A DNA stretch of 64,000 nt from Paragordius varius (Eukaryota; Animalia; Nematomorpha): contig OZ176051.1 in assembly GCA_964247055.1 (NCBI GenBank), positions 9,672,001 to 9,736,000 of the forward strand, given 5' to 3'. Below the pieces are notes generated by a model that was not told the DNA's origin, ran no database searches, and worked only from the letters and a program-made list of their open reading frames with translations. Shown one piece after another: positions 50,996 to 63,690 of this stretch (its first letter is position 1; every line of letters starts with the position of its first letter). Made by a program: the position numbers and the translations under genes.

Positions 50996-53237
50996 TTAGG
51001 ACATAATTTTCGTATCATTCAGCGTTTGATTCGGTAAATTTGGCGTTGTGTTTTGGGTGTTTTGTTCTTTGAGATCTTTATCGTCGGTTTTATCATTATT
51101 GGTTGGATTTTCATTTGAGGGATGTGACGATGATATAAATAATAGTGGAAACATTCCTATGATACATCCTATAGTAATGCCTAAACAACGCCCCTAAAAT
51201 TTATTAAATAAAACACTTTAATTAGTTAATTTGAAAAAAAAGTAAATATTCATATCAATAAACGTAGTGTGTAAAAATGTAACTAGTTAGACTCGGTACT
51301 CACTAATCAAAAATTAAAACATTAAAATCATTATAAAATTGTATAAATAAAATCAATTATGAAAATTATATGGCTAGTTTGATACCCTGGAATAAATATT
51401 ATAACTTTAATAATAAGTTTATTACTTTTCACCTATAAAAAGTCATTATTTGAGTATTCGTTTAATGTTAAATCAAGTTTCTTTATAACGGTGCCATTGC
51501 GGGATTAAAATTTAAATAAAAAATAATATATTATCTTATGTATGATAATTATCATAAGGTGCTTTGTATACTATGTTATAAATAAAATAATTATTTTTAT
51601 GTAATACCTAATTTATATTACAAAATATCTTAAAATTATCGCCTATGTTTGCATTGGATCGTCAATTAAATTATAGAGTTAAAATTAATGTATTTACTAA
51701 TCAAGCTAAAAATTTTAAATTAACAAAAAAAGTGTCAAAAACCCGATTCTCAGTATATTAAATATTCGATACCTAATTAAAATACCCAAAAAATTTGACT
51801 TAATGGGTTCGTATTTAGACAATCATTTAAAATAAATATATTTAGCTCGTTGCAAAACTGAACGTATTAATTATTTTAAATTTACAGCAAAATCAGGAAA
51901 ATAAAAGTTTACGAATAAAGTTTTACAAAGGTTTAGGTGCAAAGTATTTGCTTATACCCATACCTAAATAACTCTGTAGCATTTTATATTGTATAAATGT
52001 AATTGCAATAGAATCTTTGATATTTTGTATTAAATTTTTGTAGTAAATTTAGTAGTTCAATAAAATTTGCAATATTATAACTTTTTATTAATGTTATAAA
52101 AAATCTATAAAAACTTACAGCGTTACTCCACAATTAAAATTATTGCTAAAATAGTAATAATCAGTTTTTAGCGCAATACGTATATCTTTCATGAGTAAAA
52201 TTTACAAATATTTTGTTTCCAAAATCCGTTCTAAATAAATGTCTCAAAAATAAGTTTGATTCTTTATGAAATAACCGTCCGTGTTTGCTATTTATTTTAT
52301 AATATAAAATATTTTTGTGCGAATGAGAATTTTCCTCACAAAACTTGTTTATAGTTTAAATTCGATATTGCAATTAAAACTTATTGATGGGACGTGAAAA
52401 AAATATGTCATATAAGTTAATGTTAAAATAATTATTTTGTGATTAATAGATTTTATCATTATAAATGAATCTGATTAATGGATAATTTAATATCGCGCAT
52501 AAATCATATTAATCATTTAATATAATAAAATGCTTTAAAACAAAATTTATATATGATTTTATATAAGTTCAAAAGATTTCTCGCTAAAACTGATAACTTT
52601 GTTAAATTTAAAAAATATTATTGAATGAAAATATACTTACAAAGTTTATGGCCAACATAACACTTTTCAAACTTTGTTGTTTATAATTGAGATTTGGTAC
52701 TGGCAATCCTAGAGATGATGCCAAAACTTCGACATAATGCGACAATCTATTACGTAAAAGAAATTAAACAATATATATGCGCACATCCAACTAGTGTATT
52801 AATTATAAAAAATACCCAATCCCTGCAACGTCAGAAACAATATTGCCCCAGGCGGCAGCTAAAATATATATACACAATACCAGCCATAGTTGAAATATTT
52901 AATACAGCTCCAAGCTTGTAATCAATATATTCACCCGCAGTAATTAAAATTATATTGTCTACAATTCCAAAACCCATAAATGGTATTCCATTATGAACCA
53001 TTACAGTAATATATTGGGATAATGTTGGCTTTTCGCACAAAGTTCGGCCTAATAATTATAACGTGTAACCTTACTATTTTTAACTTGATTATCAAAATAT
53101 TCGCGGATATATTTTTGTTCATCCTTGTTTAATTGATTAACAAAACGTGTAGCATCATCAACACTAAGAATTTTGGATATATAATGCCGTGAACGACAAG
53201 ATATAAAAATTCTTTTAAAACTTGGCTTTAAAAACAT
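50996..53237 (-). CDS. TMEM65: Transmembrane protein 65, 225 aa, exons 53237-53075, 53048-52881, 52858-52816, 52746-52641, 51193-50996
   Basis: PTLSQYITVMVHNGIPFMGFGIVDNIILITAGEYIDYKLGAVLNISTMAAAAWGNIVSDVAGIGLSHYVEVLASSLGLPVP...GRCLGITIGCIIGMFPL matches the recalled TMEM65 core; exon sum 678 nt. Confidence 0.92.
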
Positions 53238-53302
53238 TTAAATAAAATCTTACGGATTCACGCACCACATCTGTTTTTTAATTTTGATATGCTGAGCTTT
53301 AA

Positions 53303-54423
53303 CACTTGGTATTTCAGTCCTTCGATTCACATTGGGGTGGATACCACAGGCCTATTTAAAATTAAATACCTCAGAAATAGAAGGAATTGAAATCATGGCA
53401 AAAGCATGCATTTATATAAAAGAACCGAAATATGAAAAAAAATAATTCAAAACTTGATATTACTTATTTAAAAGTAAATAGGGTAAAAAGTTAATATTTA
53501 CTCAACTTGACATGTTGCATTACCAAAATTTAAATATAATACAAAATAAACGATTTTTCTCCTTCTATCAATATTAGATGTGGTTTAACACTTCGATTCA
53601 AATTGGGATATCTAAATACCCCAGACTAAATTTAAATTAGTATTTTTAAAAAACTACTGAAGGAAACGGTTCCAATTTAAATTTATGCTTCTTTCCTAAT
53701 AAAAATTTTATAAATATGCCAAAATATTTTAATAAAATTTTGATTTGAAAAAAAAGTTCCATGTCAAACCACTTCGACGCCATTTTTATTTTACAGAATT
53801 TTTGCAAAATATTGTTTTCATAAGAGTAAAATTAAAGCTAATTTTTAATTTAAATTACATCTAACATTGATAGAAATAGAAAAAGAGGTTTATTTTGTAG
53901 TATTTTATAATTTACCATTTCACACATGTCACGTTGACAAAATTTTTACCTTCAAGTTTAATTTAAAATAAGTAATATCAAGTATTTTTAAATAAATTTT
54001 TTAATATATTTCGGTTTATTAATGTTATATACGTGCAAAACCTTGCCATGGCTTCGATTCCTTCCATACTTTTTTAGTATTTGATTATAAATAAGCCTGG
54101 GGTATCCAACTACCCCAATTTGAATCGAACTAAAATGAGTGTGTTGTATCCAAGTGTTAAATAACACATAGCTGTAATTTTATATCAAAAAAAATAAACA
54201 CGATATTTTGCAAAAATATTGTGAAATGCAAATGGCCTCCAAATAGTTTGATATGAAATTTTTTTTCAAAACTAAATTTTATTTAGATATTTCGTACGGA
54301 TTATTTATATAATTTTTAGGATAAAAGCAAATATTAAAATTGGGACTGTTTCTTTCACTAGTTCTTTGAAAACATCAACTTAAATATGGTCTGGGGTATT
54401 TAGATACAATTGGAATCGAAGTG
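53303..54423 (-). mobile_element. Reverse M1 copy split by a forward M1 insertion
   Basis: TTAA|CACTTGG at 53303 and GAATCGAAGTG|TTAA at 54423; halves join across the duplicated TTAA at 53585 and 54157. Confidence 0.75.
53589..54156 (+). mobile_element. Complete M1 copy inserted into another M1
   Basis: TTAA|CACTTCGATTCAAATTGGG ... TTGTATCCAAGTG|TTAA. Confidence 0.88.
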
Positions 54424-55029
54424 TTAAGTTAACTCAAAGGTAAAAATTTGTAGTCAACATGACATGTGTGCAATAGCGAAATTCAAAAATACAAAATTCG
54501 AGCTTCCAAGCAAGTGAGGTTAAAGGAATATGAGAATCATTTTATCATCAAGAGTATAAGTGATTTTGCTTTCTTAGTCACAGCCCCTAAAAATAAAATC
54601 TTAGAAGTATTCGGACAAGTAGGCCCATTTATATATAACGAGATTAGCAATGATGACAGCGCTTCTATTTAAAATTTACCCCGAGTTATCGCCTTACGGT
54701 TATAAAATTGGGGTTTTTTACTTATATATTGTTTAAAAATAATCAAGAATACATTAAACTATTTATAATGAGATGGCTTTTATTTCAAACGCACCGAGCA
54801 TGAATTCACCATTAAGTTAAATAGCCCATTTCAACACTTTAGGTATTATACAAATATTAGATTCAAAACGTTCAAAATAAGCTGCTCCCTTTTAAAAAGC
54901 TGTAATTTTTTATTTGTAGTCCGGACCACATTCCTCAGTTCATCTCCGCCAAACTTAAAATGGGGGTTTCTATTATTTTGCGGTAGGGCTTAGGTTTATT
55001 TCAAATACAAATTGAAAATCATTTATTAA

Positions 55030-56143
55030 CACTTGGATACAAAAGATTCATTTTAGTTTTTCGATTCAAATTGGGGTAGTTAAATACCCCAGGCCTGTTT
55101 AAAATTAAATTCTTGAAAAAATATGGAAGGGATCGAAACCATGGCAAAATTGTGCACTTATATAATATTAATAAACCGAAATATATAAAAAATATTATTT
55201 AAAACTACTTGATATAACTTATTTTTAGCTAAAACCGAGAGGTAGAAATTTCGTCAACGTGACATGTGTGGAATGGTAAAATTGAAAAATACTAAGGAAT
55301 AAACCGCTTTTTCTATTTCTATCAATGTTAGATGTAATTTGAATAAAAAATAGCTTTAATTTTACTCTTAAAATAATCGAAGACGATATTTTGCATTTTG
55401 TAAAATAAAAATAGCGTCGAAGTAGTTTGACATGGAACTTTTTTTTCAAAACGAAAATTTATTTAGATATTTTGGCATATTTATATAATTTTTATTAGGG
55501 AAGGAGCATAAATTTTAATTGGGACCGTTTCCTTCAGTAGTTTTTAAAAAATCCTAACTCAAATTCAGTATGGGGTATTTAGATACCCAAAATTGAATTC
55601 GATAACCCAGACTAAATTTAAATTAATATTTTAAAAAACTACTGATAGAAACGGTCCCAATTTGATTTTATGCTTCCATCCTGATAAAAATTATATAAAT
55701 ATGGCAAAATATCTTAATAAAAATTTGATTTTAAAAAAAGTTCCATGTCAAACTATTTCTACGCCATTTTTATTTTACAAAATTTTTGCAAAATATCGTT
55801 TCATTTAACTTTAAGGGTAAAATTTAAGCTATTTTTTTATTTAAATTACATCTACATAGATAAAATTAGAAAGAACGGTTTATTTTGTATTATTTTTTAT
55901 TTTTATAATATTATACATGTCACGTTGACGAAATATTTACCTTTCGGTTTCAGCTTAAAATAAGTAATTTCAAGTGTTTTTGAAAAATTTTTTATATATA
56001 TTTCGGTTTATATATAAGTGCAAAATTTTGCCATGGTTTAGATTCCTTCCATACTTTTTAAGTATTTGATATTAAACAGGCCTGGGGTATCCAACTACCC
56101 CAATTTGAATTGAAGGATTAAATGAGTGTGTTGTATCCAATTG
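55030..56143. mobile_element. Head-to-head fusion of two M1 copies (~1.1 kb imperfect palindrome)
   Basis: TTAA|CACTTGGATACAA at left, TTGTATCCAATTG|TTAA at right; junction near 55600 (…aaaattgaattcga/taacccagactaaattt…) where both left termini are missing. Confidence 0.8.
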
Positions 56144-56701
56144 TTAATACTAAAGAATTGCCAAATTAGTTTTAATATATACTCTAATCCGAAGTTCTAG
56201 TCCTTTTCAAATTTAATTATTAATTTTACGAATTGTCCAGGGGATAGATCAATTTATTAAATTAACCGCTCGGTTTCCACCTCTGAAATATGGATAGTAA
56301 TATTTTCGAAAACATGGTAACCTTTTAAAAATAAAATCATGTTTTTTGCTAAAATATAACTCAAAAAATGGTCCTTAAGTTTTTTGATTAACTAGGGCCA
56401 TTAATTGATTAATGATCCGACTCATCTGTTTTGTAAAATATTGCTCGCCTTATTATAGCCGCTAGGCCCTACCATCTCTTACTCTTCAAAATTAAAACTT
56501 GAAAAACACATTTCTGGATTCTATAGCTTCTCATCGATTTAAACCGTAACATGATAAAATTATTTTTTTCTGATAGAAAAATGCATCAGGGTTTTTATGG
56601 TAATTTTGAACATTATGAGTCATAAAAAATAAGACTTTTGTAGTAATTGTTCCATGTAGGAAATTCGAATTCAAACATATAAATTTTTTGGTGAGTGTTA
56701 T

Positions 56702-57197
56702 TAGGGTTGTGCCGACCAAGTCATTATTTTTTGACCATGGTCATTTCAGCTGTTTTTTGAAAAATTGTTGGTTTTTTTGGAAGAAAAATAGTAAGTTATT
56801 TTTTAATATATTTTAAAAAAAATATATATAAATATTTAAATTTGCTTATTTAAAAATTTAAAATGTTAAACATACATCCTTAAAACATTAGCATTTAAGC
56901 ATATCCAGTTTCGAAAAAGAAAACAATCCAACTTTTTATAAAATATTCAGTTATTCCATATATGTGAATTAATAAAATGAAAAAACATTTTATAATTGGA
57001 TATTTCAATGATCAAAGCAAGTGTAAAAGAAACAGGAAAAATTTTATTTGAAATATCCAGTATTAAAAGCGAGGTATTGAAGATTCAGAAATAAAATCCA
57101 ATATCGCATGGTATTTACTTAGGTAAAGTGGTCATGACCATGGTCTGACCGGGTCTGACCGGACTTTTTTGAAAAAGCAGTCAAATGCACAACCCTA
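56702..57197. mobile_element. hAT-like MITE
   Basis: 11-bp TIR TAGGGTTGTGC...GCACAACCCTA with gaccatggtc subterminal repeats; no clean 8-bp TSD. Confidence 0.6.
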
Positions 57198-59443
57198 GTC
57201 ATAATCTAACGATATATTAAAAGTTCTCGCCTTTTGGATTTAATTTTAAAATTTGATTGTTATATTTTGATATCTTTTGGGAAAAAGAACTTATTACACA
57301 AAAAGACTTTATTTACCATAAATGTATGCTTTGCGATTCTAGATGGAGTAATTATCACAAAAGTGGAAATATTTTTCTTAAATGACTTCTAAGGGGCAAA
57401 ACAAAAGTACCATAGAAACCCTGATATATTTATATTTATCAAATTATATACATTATAAAATATTTTTTAATCTCCCTTGTGCACAGCTAAAATTATACAT
57501 ATTTCTAAAAATAATTTATCCAAACTACTATGGAAGGTTCAAAGGAAGCTAAATAAAAATGACAATTCCACCTTTTTCTAAAAATTTACTTTATTTTTTA
57601 TAAGCAAATGTAATTTTAAACTGATAATGTATTTAAATCTTTGTAAAAATACATAATTTTGCCTAATATTTTAAAATAATATCCATAACCATATATACAT
57701 GCCAAATAATTTTTGCGGATAATTTGGGGGTCATGCAAACAAACTTGATTTAGTATTAGGACAATAACTTTAATTATATGTGATTAATGCATTTAATTGG
57801 GCTATATACCGTTTCAATTCATAGAACCTGACATTGAGACACTAAGACTCCAAAGTTTGAATTTAGAATAAAATGACCTATAATTTTAGTCGCTAGTCCT
57901 GAGGTATTTTGATTTATTATAAATGCTTAAGTAAAGTAAATCCGTAAAAATCTCACTGTTAACTAACAATGTTAACCTTTAATTCCTGGAACTATTGTGA
58001 ATAATCGTTCCAAAAAAATTAAGCGATTTTTGAGTTAATCTGAATGAGTTTTTCACTTTTTTATCTTATCACACGCATCATTAATCACCACATCACTTAT
58101 ATTAATTTTTTTAATGAAAATTTGAAGAAGATTATTCAAGAAAATTGGTGTTTTTTGGATAAAAAAACAATAATAAAAATAATTAAGATATGTAAGTAAA
58201 TGCCTGTAGTTTTTTACATATAATTTATAAATTTTACTCTTGAATTCGATTTCATCTTTTGCACAAAAAACTATGATTGATTAAATGTAAAATTAAATAA
58301 ATATCTAATTTTGGAGTTGTGTGTTGTCCAGTTTTCGACAACATGCTAAATGCCGTATACACTTTCTTTAAAATGTTCATTATTGGATAAAAGAAGAAAG
58401 TTTTTTCCCTACCGAATTATGATTAAAAAAGTTGATAGAAATTTCTTTAAAAGAATTTTTCCGAAAATAAAACGATATTGTTTTGCGTGCGTGCCCTTAT
58501 AAAATTCATTAAAAGGAGTTTGTCGTTCTTTTTGTTAAAATCAAATTACTGAAATTAAATTTTATAGAAGTTATGATAGAACTACCGCTTTTACAAAATT
58601 TTTAATCATGTTTAAAAATATTTCAGTATTGAACAATTTCGGCTACAAAGAAATATTTATCTGTATTAAGAATTTTTACACATTTCTCTGTTCAAAGAAC
58701 TGAAAGGATATTGAATTATTTTATCATGGTTTTGTCATATTAAGCTTTTTCGATATTGATATCACAACTTTTTATTAGTTTGTAATACAAAGTATTGGTG
58801 TAAAAAAGCCATGTTTTTAAACACAATATCGATGTATCTTAATAAAAATTTATCGGTGAAAGGATAATTTAATTAAGCTGGTTACCTAATATTTTTATGG
58901 TTAAATAATTGTTGTCACTTGTGGTATCGACTGCCATTATTCTATCTTCAATAAAGTTATTAAAAAGTTTGAAGGTTAGATCTAAATAAATTTGAGAAAC
59001 AACATATAAAAATATTGTCTCATCAGAAAATATAAATGTACCCTAATTAAATTATTTTTGGTGGTTTTCTAACCAAAGCTAATATTTAAGGTTTTTATAA
59101 ACGCACTTCAGATTTTTGAACAGTTTATAATTTTATCTTGACGCCAGAGTTTAAGGTTCTGTTAGTTTGAAGGTTTCATCCGCATCAAGCGCTCCAATTT
59201 TACTGGATGGCATAAATATATATCTATATATATAAGGTTAAAATTGTTTTTTATTTGAAAGGTAATTTCAGTCTTTTACATGGTGGAACTAAACTCAAAT
59301 AATCATTTATATCCCTATCAAATATCAACAATGGATCCTTATTAAAAAAGTTGACATAATAAATCAGAGAGATAGCCTAATATGAGCACCATAAAAATTT
59401 ACAACAATATCAAAAGCAATTGTACTAGGACACAAATTAAAGC

Positions 59444-59717
59444 AATGGTTCCACACCTTTTTTGTTCTAGTCCCAGCAATTTGTAAATAATTTTTGCGCC
59501 CCCTCTCCAAACCAAGATAAAAATGTAAAATATGTTATGTTATTATAAAAATCCCTCTAAGAGATCCTGATACAATTTGAATATTATTCCATATGGTGAC
59601 AAATCTCGATAATTTGCACCTGAAATGCTTCAATTTGTTTATAGTTTATAATTCTCCTAATTTTTCGCGTCTCCCTAACATTTTTCTAGACTGACTTCTA
59701 ATGTGTAAGAAAACAAT
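59444..59717. mobile_element. Degenerate hAT/Charlie-like MITE
   Basis: Left end caatggttccacaccttttt resembles CAGTGGTTCCCAACCTTTT; right end degenerate (gtgtaagaaaacaatg). Confidence 0.35.
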
Positions 59718-60677
59718 GTCATATATTAAACAATTATATAATATTAAATTTTATCTTATATTTAACGCTTACTCCTTATCAACGTTGTTCTTTAGGAGCA
59801 ATATTATTCTTGGTGTAGCCAACTAAAATTAGGGTCTATATTATATATGAATAAATAAGGTCGGAAAAAAAATAATTAATTCCTCAACAAACCAGTGCAA
59901 AACAAACACCAAATCGATAATTTTCTATTTTAAGAATTACAATCGGGAAAAATTGGATATGAATGTCTTATTCAAAAAATGTTAGAGCTTTAAAATAAGA
60001 AAATATATTTTAATGATGCATATCGAATAAACTTTAAAGCTTATATAATGAAATTCGTGAAAAACTGAAAACATATCTCTCCTCTTACAAGATTATATTT
60101 GATCGGAATAGTAGCCTTATTGGTGAGAAACATTAATTGAGTAATATGCAGAATGTATAATTAATGAGTAGATAGATGGTATAGAAGATGCACTAAATAT
60201 TATTTATAGATAAATATTTTAAACGGATGATACGTTTTTGGGATTCAATTAATTTTATACGTCTATGCTAATTTTTTAGGGTAACTGATTAATATTTTAG
60301 CTAGGTAACCCATTTCAAACAGTATTAAGCAGAACTTATTAATTATATCATTTTGATCAAAATAAAATAATACTCTTTAATTTATTTAAATTAATTTATT
60401 TCTATGATCATAAATCTAAATGGGCCGTGTATAAGATGAGATAATACGTATTTTAATTTTAAATCATTAACAAGATAGTGACTCTAGCAATAGCATTATG
60501 ACATAATAATATAATATTAGAAAATTATACACATCACTAAACGGATATTCTTAAAATTGTTGAATTGTTTTATTTTATACATTGTTTATTGATTTAATAT
60601 TTTTTGATTCAAATTCAAATTTGTATTGTCAGAAAGTTCCAACCAAAAGATATTTTTTTCTTGCAAAAATCTTAGAA

Positions 60678-60908
60678 ATGAAATTCTTTATACTCTGTTT
60701 ATTAATTACGATTAGTGTGGAAGCGTTGTTTGCCCTAAACTGCAGGTAAATATTATTGTCCTATTTTTTCACTTATAAAAGAATTTATATAACTTGCTCT
60801 TTTTATAAATCGATCAATTTTCTTCGTATGATAGTAGCTCATGGGCTGGGTTTGATAAAAATATTCGTTTAGTAAATCTTAGGCAATTCATTTTCATTGA
60901 AAATAACG
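60678..60908 (+). CDS. Possible 5' exons of a small secreted protein (60678-60745, 60835-60908): MKFFILCLLITISVEALFALNCSSSWAGFDKNIRLVNLRQFIFIENN
   Basis: Signal-peptide-like N-terminus, AG|gtaaat donor, phase-compatible second exon with gtaggc donor; 3' part unresolved. Confidence 0.4.
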
Positions 60909-61355
60909 GTAGGCTTTGATATATAAACTTAATTTATATATTCTTTTGATTACATTATCCAAATCACCCAAAATTATTATCTAAAAATTTATCAGATTAA
61001 TTTTAATTAATTATTATTACATTTGAAAGTCCAGTCATCAATGCAGGTACAAATTTAAATATTTTTACCTGGTTGCAAAACACCGGTTTTTAGATGTTTA
61101 ACCCCGATCTAGAGGACACACGAACACAACCTGAGAAGCATATATAATATTAATATTTTTATAAATTGAAGAGTTAAAAACTAAATTATAAAATCTAACT
61201 GATTTTGGGTACAAATAGTTACAATATGCTTTTTTCCCCTGCGTTTCTTTATAGTTTTCGAATTTGTTTACATATATTTGAATTTAAATTATTGATACAG
61301 CAACTTTACTGGTTAAGAAAGATAATTTTGGCATCAAATATATAAAGTAATTTTA

Positions 61356-61408
61356 GGTCCCTTACTAATATCACGGAAAACTCGGGTTCGAATCCCAGCG
61401 AGTGTTAT
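61356..61408 (+). other. tRNA-like B-box/T-arm fragment (possible SINE head or tRNA pseudogene)
   Basis: cgggttcgaatcccagcg T-arm motif; no D-arm/A-box or acceptor stem found. Confidence 0.3.
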
Positions 61409-62816
61409 AGTTTAACCCATGTTGGGCACGGAGGCAATCAAAATTAAATAATATAGTGCGTATTATTGAGATTTAAGAGTTTTAAAATGATTCTCACACA
61501 TATATCTAATATCTACCCAAATTTTGAAATGTTAGGTTTCTTTGCATGTGTTTCACTAAAATCATATTTGTTATTTGCCCTTATTGTTCTTGCATGCTAA
61601 TTTTTAAATTTTACATCAATTTTCATTATGGAGAAATAGAGTGATGCTATACAATTTACCATTGATGTATGGATAAACAATATTATTCAATATATTTTTA
61701 GTTAGGTTTTTTTCACATACTAAACGATCAAATAAAATTAATCAGATAAACTGAGCTCTATAACATTTTTTATGTAAGGTTATAGTTTATGTTTAGTATA
61801 TTTAATAGTGTTCTGTAATTTAATACGATTTTTTGTGACTGATTAGGATCATAACCTATAAATTCATTTTTTCTATCAAAAGTTTATTTAGGTAATTTTT
61901 TAATCAAAATGTGTAGAACACCCAGTTTTATAATTCGCCGCCGTTAGAGTGATTTATCCATAGATTGAAACAAGAAGTGGAAGTAATGCTTCTTAACCGT
62001 TTAAACGAATTAGGAGAAATAAAATCCGCTTTTGAAATAGATATTTATAAATCTTTTTTTAATTCTAAATATGCTAAAATAGTTATTTTTTTAGATTTTC
62101 TCATTGTTAAAAAGAGAAAATAACCTATCTATTAAAACGGAGCCGGAATCCCTGCCAAAAACTTTAAAAAATGAAACCAAACTCTTTTCCTAAAATTTGA
62201 TAAAACCCCGATCATTTCTGGTCTCCAAATATTTTTGGATTTTACTGCTGTAGTTCTATTGAAAAAATTCAATAAAACCTAATTGACCAAATTATCTTTT
62301 AGGTAAATAAACCTATTGGTGCAACATACTTAAAATTAATTGAACAAAACAGATTAGTTTTTGTTCATTAAGTGTGTGGGAGGTTAAAAGGGAAAAAAAC
62401 ATAAGAATCAATTAAAAGCCATTAGATTTAAGTTGCAATTTACATGTCTTTTAAGGTATTTATATTTGGGATATTCCCTTTGATATTCACGAAATATATA
62501 CCAACTTAAGAAGGCTTGTACATGCGCTATGTTTATAGATTTACTTAAGTGCTCAACAAATTTTGCATTGCCATTATATTTTTACATAATTTAGAATAAA
62601 ATATTACATATAATAATAAATAAAGTGAATGTTATTAATTAAAATACATATATTAGGCGGCCATAAAAAAGATTCCAACCAAACCAATAAAAAAGGCATT
62701 AAAGTATATAAATTTGCATTATAATAAAAAAATATTACGAATTACGACAAATTAAATTGCAATAAATTGATCACATGCAAATGCAACCAACACAATATAT
62801 GACAAGTTTTTATTAA

Positions 62817-63690
62817 CACTCCATTACCTTTTGGGGTAGTTTTATATCCCAGAGCTGCTTGTCTTAAAAGTATATATGGTATTAGGCTGAATTTAAAATA
62901 TGATTTATTTAGCCTTTTAGGCGCATTATAAAAACAATGTTCTAAAAAAATGTATAACTGTTAAAAAAATTCTTTCTTTAAACTTTTTTGCAGCCATTTT
63001 TTTCCTATAAATTTTTTTTCGCCATAATGCAACAGGAAAATAAATGTATATTATGGTTAGAAAATGTAAAAATTATTAAAAAATCTTCCCGGCTACATTT
63101 TACCAGCAAAAACTTGATATATTTTCATTTTATCAGCTCTTCTTTGCAATCTTGGAGGTGTTCCAATTTTAGACTCTAGAAGTAACAATACTGATATAAG
63201 TTATATATACCATTTACAGTTCAAATTCACCCTTAAACAATTCAAATTCACCCTTGAACAATTCAAATTCACCCTTGAACAATTCAAATTCACCCTAAAA
63301 ATAAATTATGTGTTTTCGAACTAATATAACTCATTATTAATATAAAATATACCTTTATGGCATAATTAATTATTTTTTTCAGTATTATTTTAATTTAAAA
63401 CAAAATTTTATTTTTTAAAAATATATTAAAATATAGGTAATTTTTAATCTTAAAAATCATGTTATTTATTTGAGGGTGAATTTGAATTGTTCAAGGGTGA
63501 ATTTGAATTGTTCAAGGGTGAATTTGAATTGTTTAAGGGTGAATTTGAACTGTAAATGGTATATAATACCTGAAAACAAGGTTTAATAATTAATTTTGAC
63601 TAAAACAACTTTCAAAACTGGATTATTTACAAAATGAGCTCTGGATCCCAAAAGGTAAACTAGGACACAAAAGTGAAAGGTAATGGAGTA
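62817..63690 (+). mobile_element. M2 copy carrying a nested F1 foldback element
   Basis: TTAA|CACTCCATTACCTTTTGGGGTAG... AAAGGTAATGGAGTA|TTAA. Confidence 0.82.
63206..63564. mobile_element. Foldback/MITE family F1, best-preserved copy
   Basis: tataccatttacagttc...gaactgtaaatggtata; each arm has about four tandem 21-bp units (caattcaaattcacccttgaa). Confidence 0.85.

Noticed and set aside
54466-54672. 68-aa ORF as a gene
   Set aside because: Non-ATG start, no recognisable motif, sits between MITEs
63206-63564. 21-bp direct repeats as a CRISPR array
   Set aside because: Repeats are contiguous with no spacers, are mirrored as inverted arms, occur in eukaryotic DNA, and have no cas genes nearby
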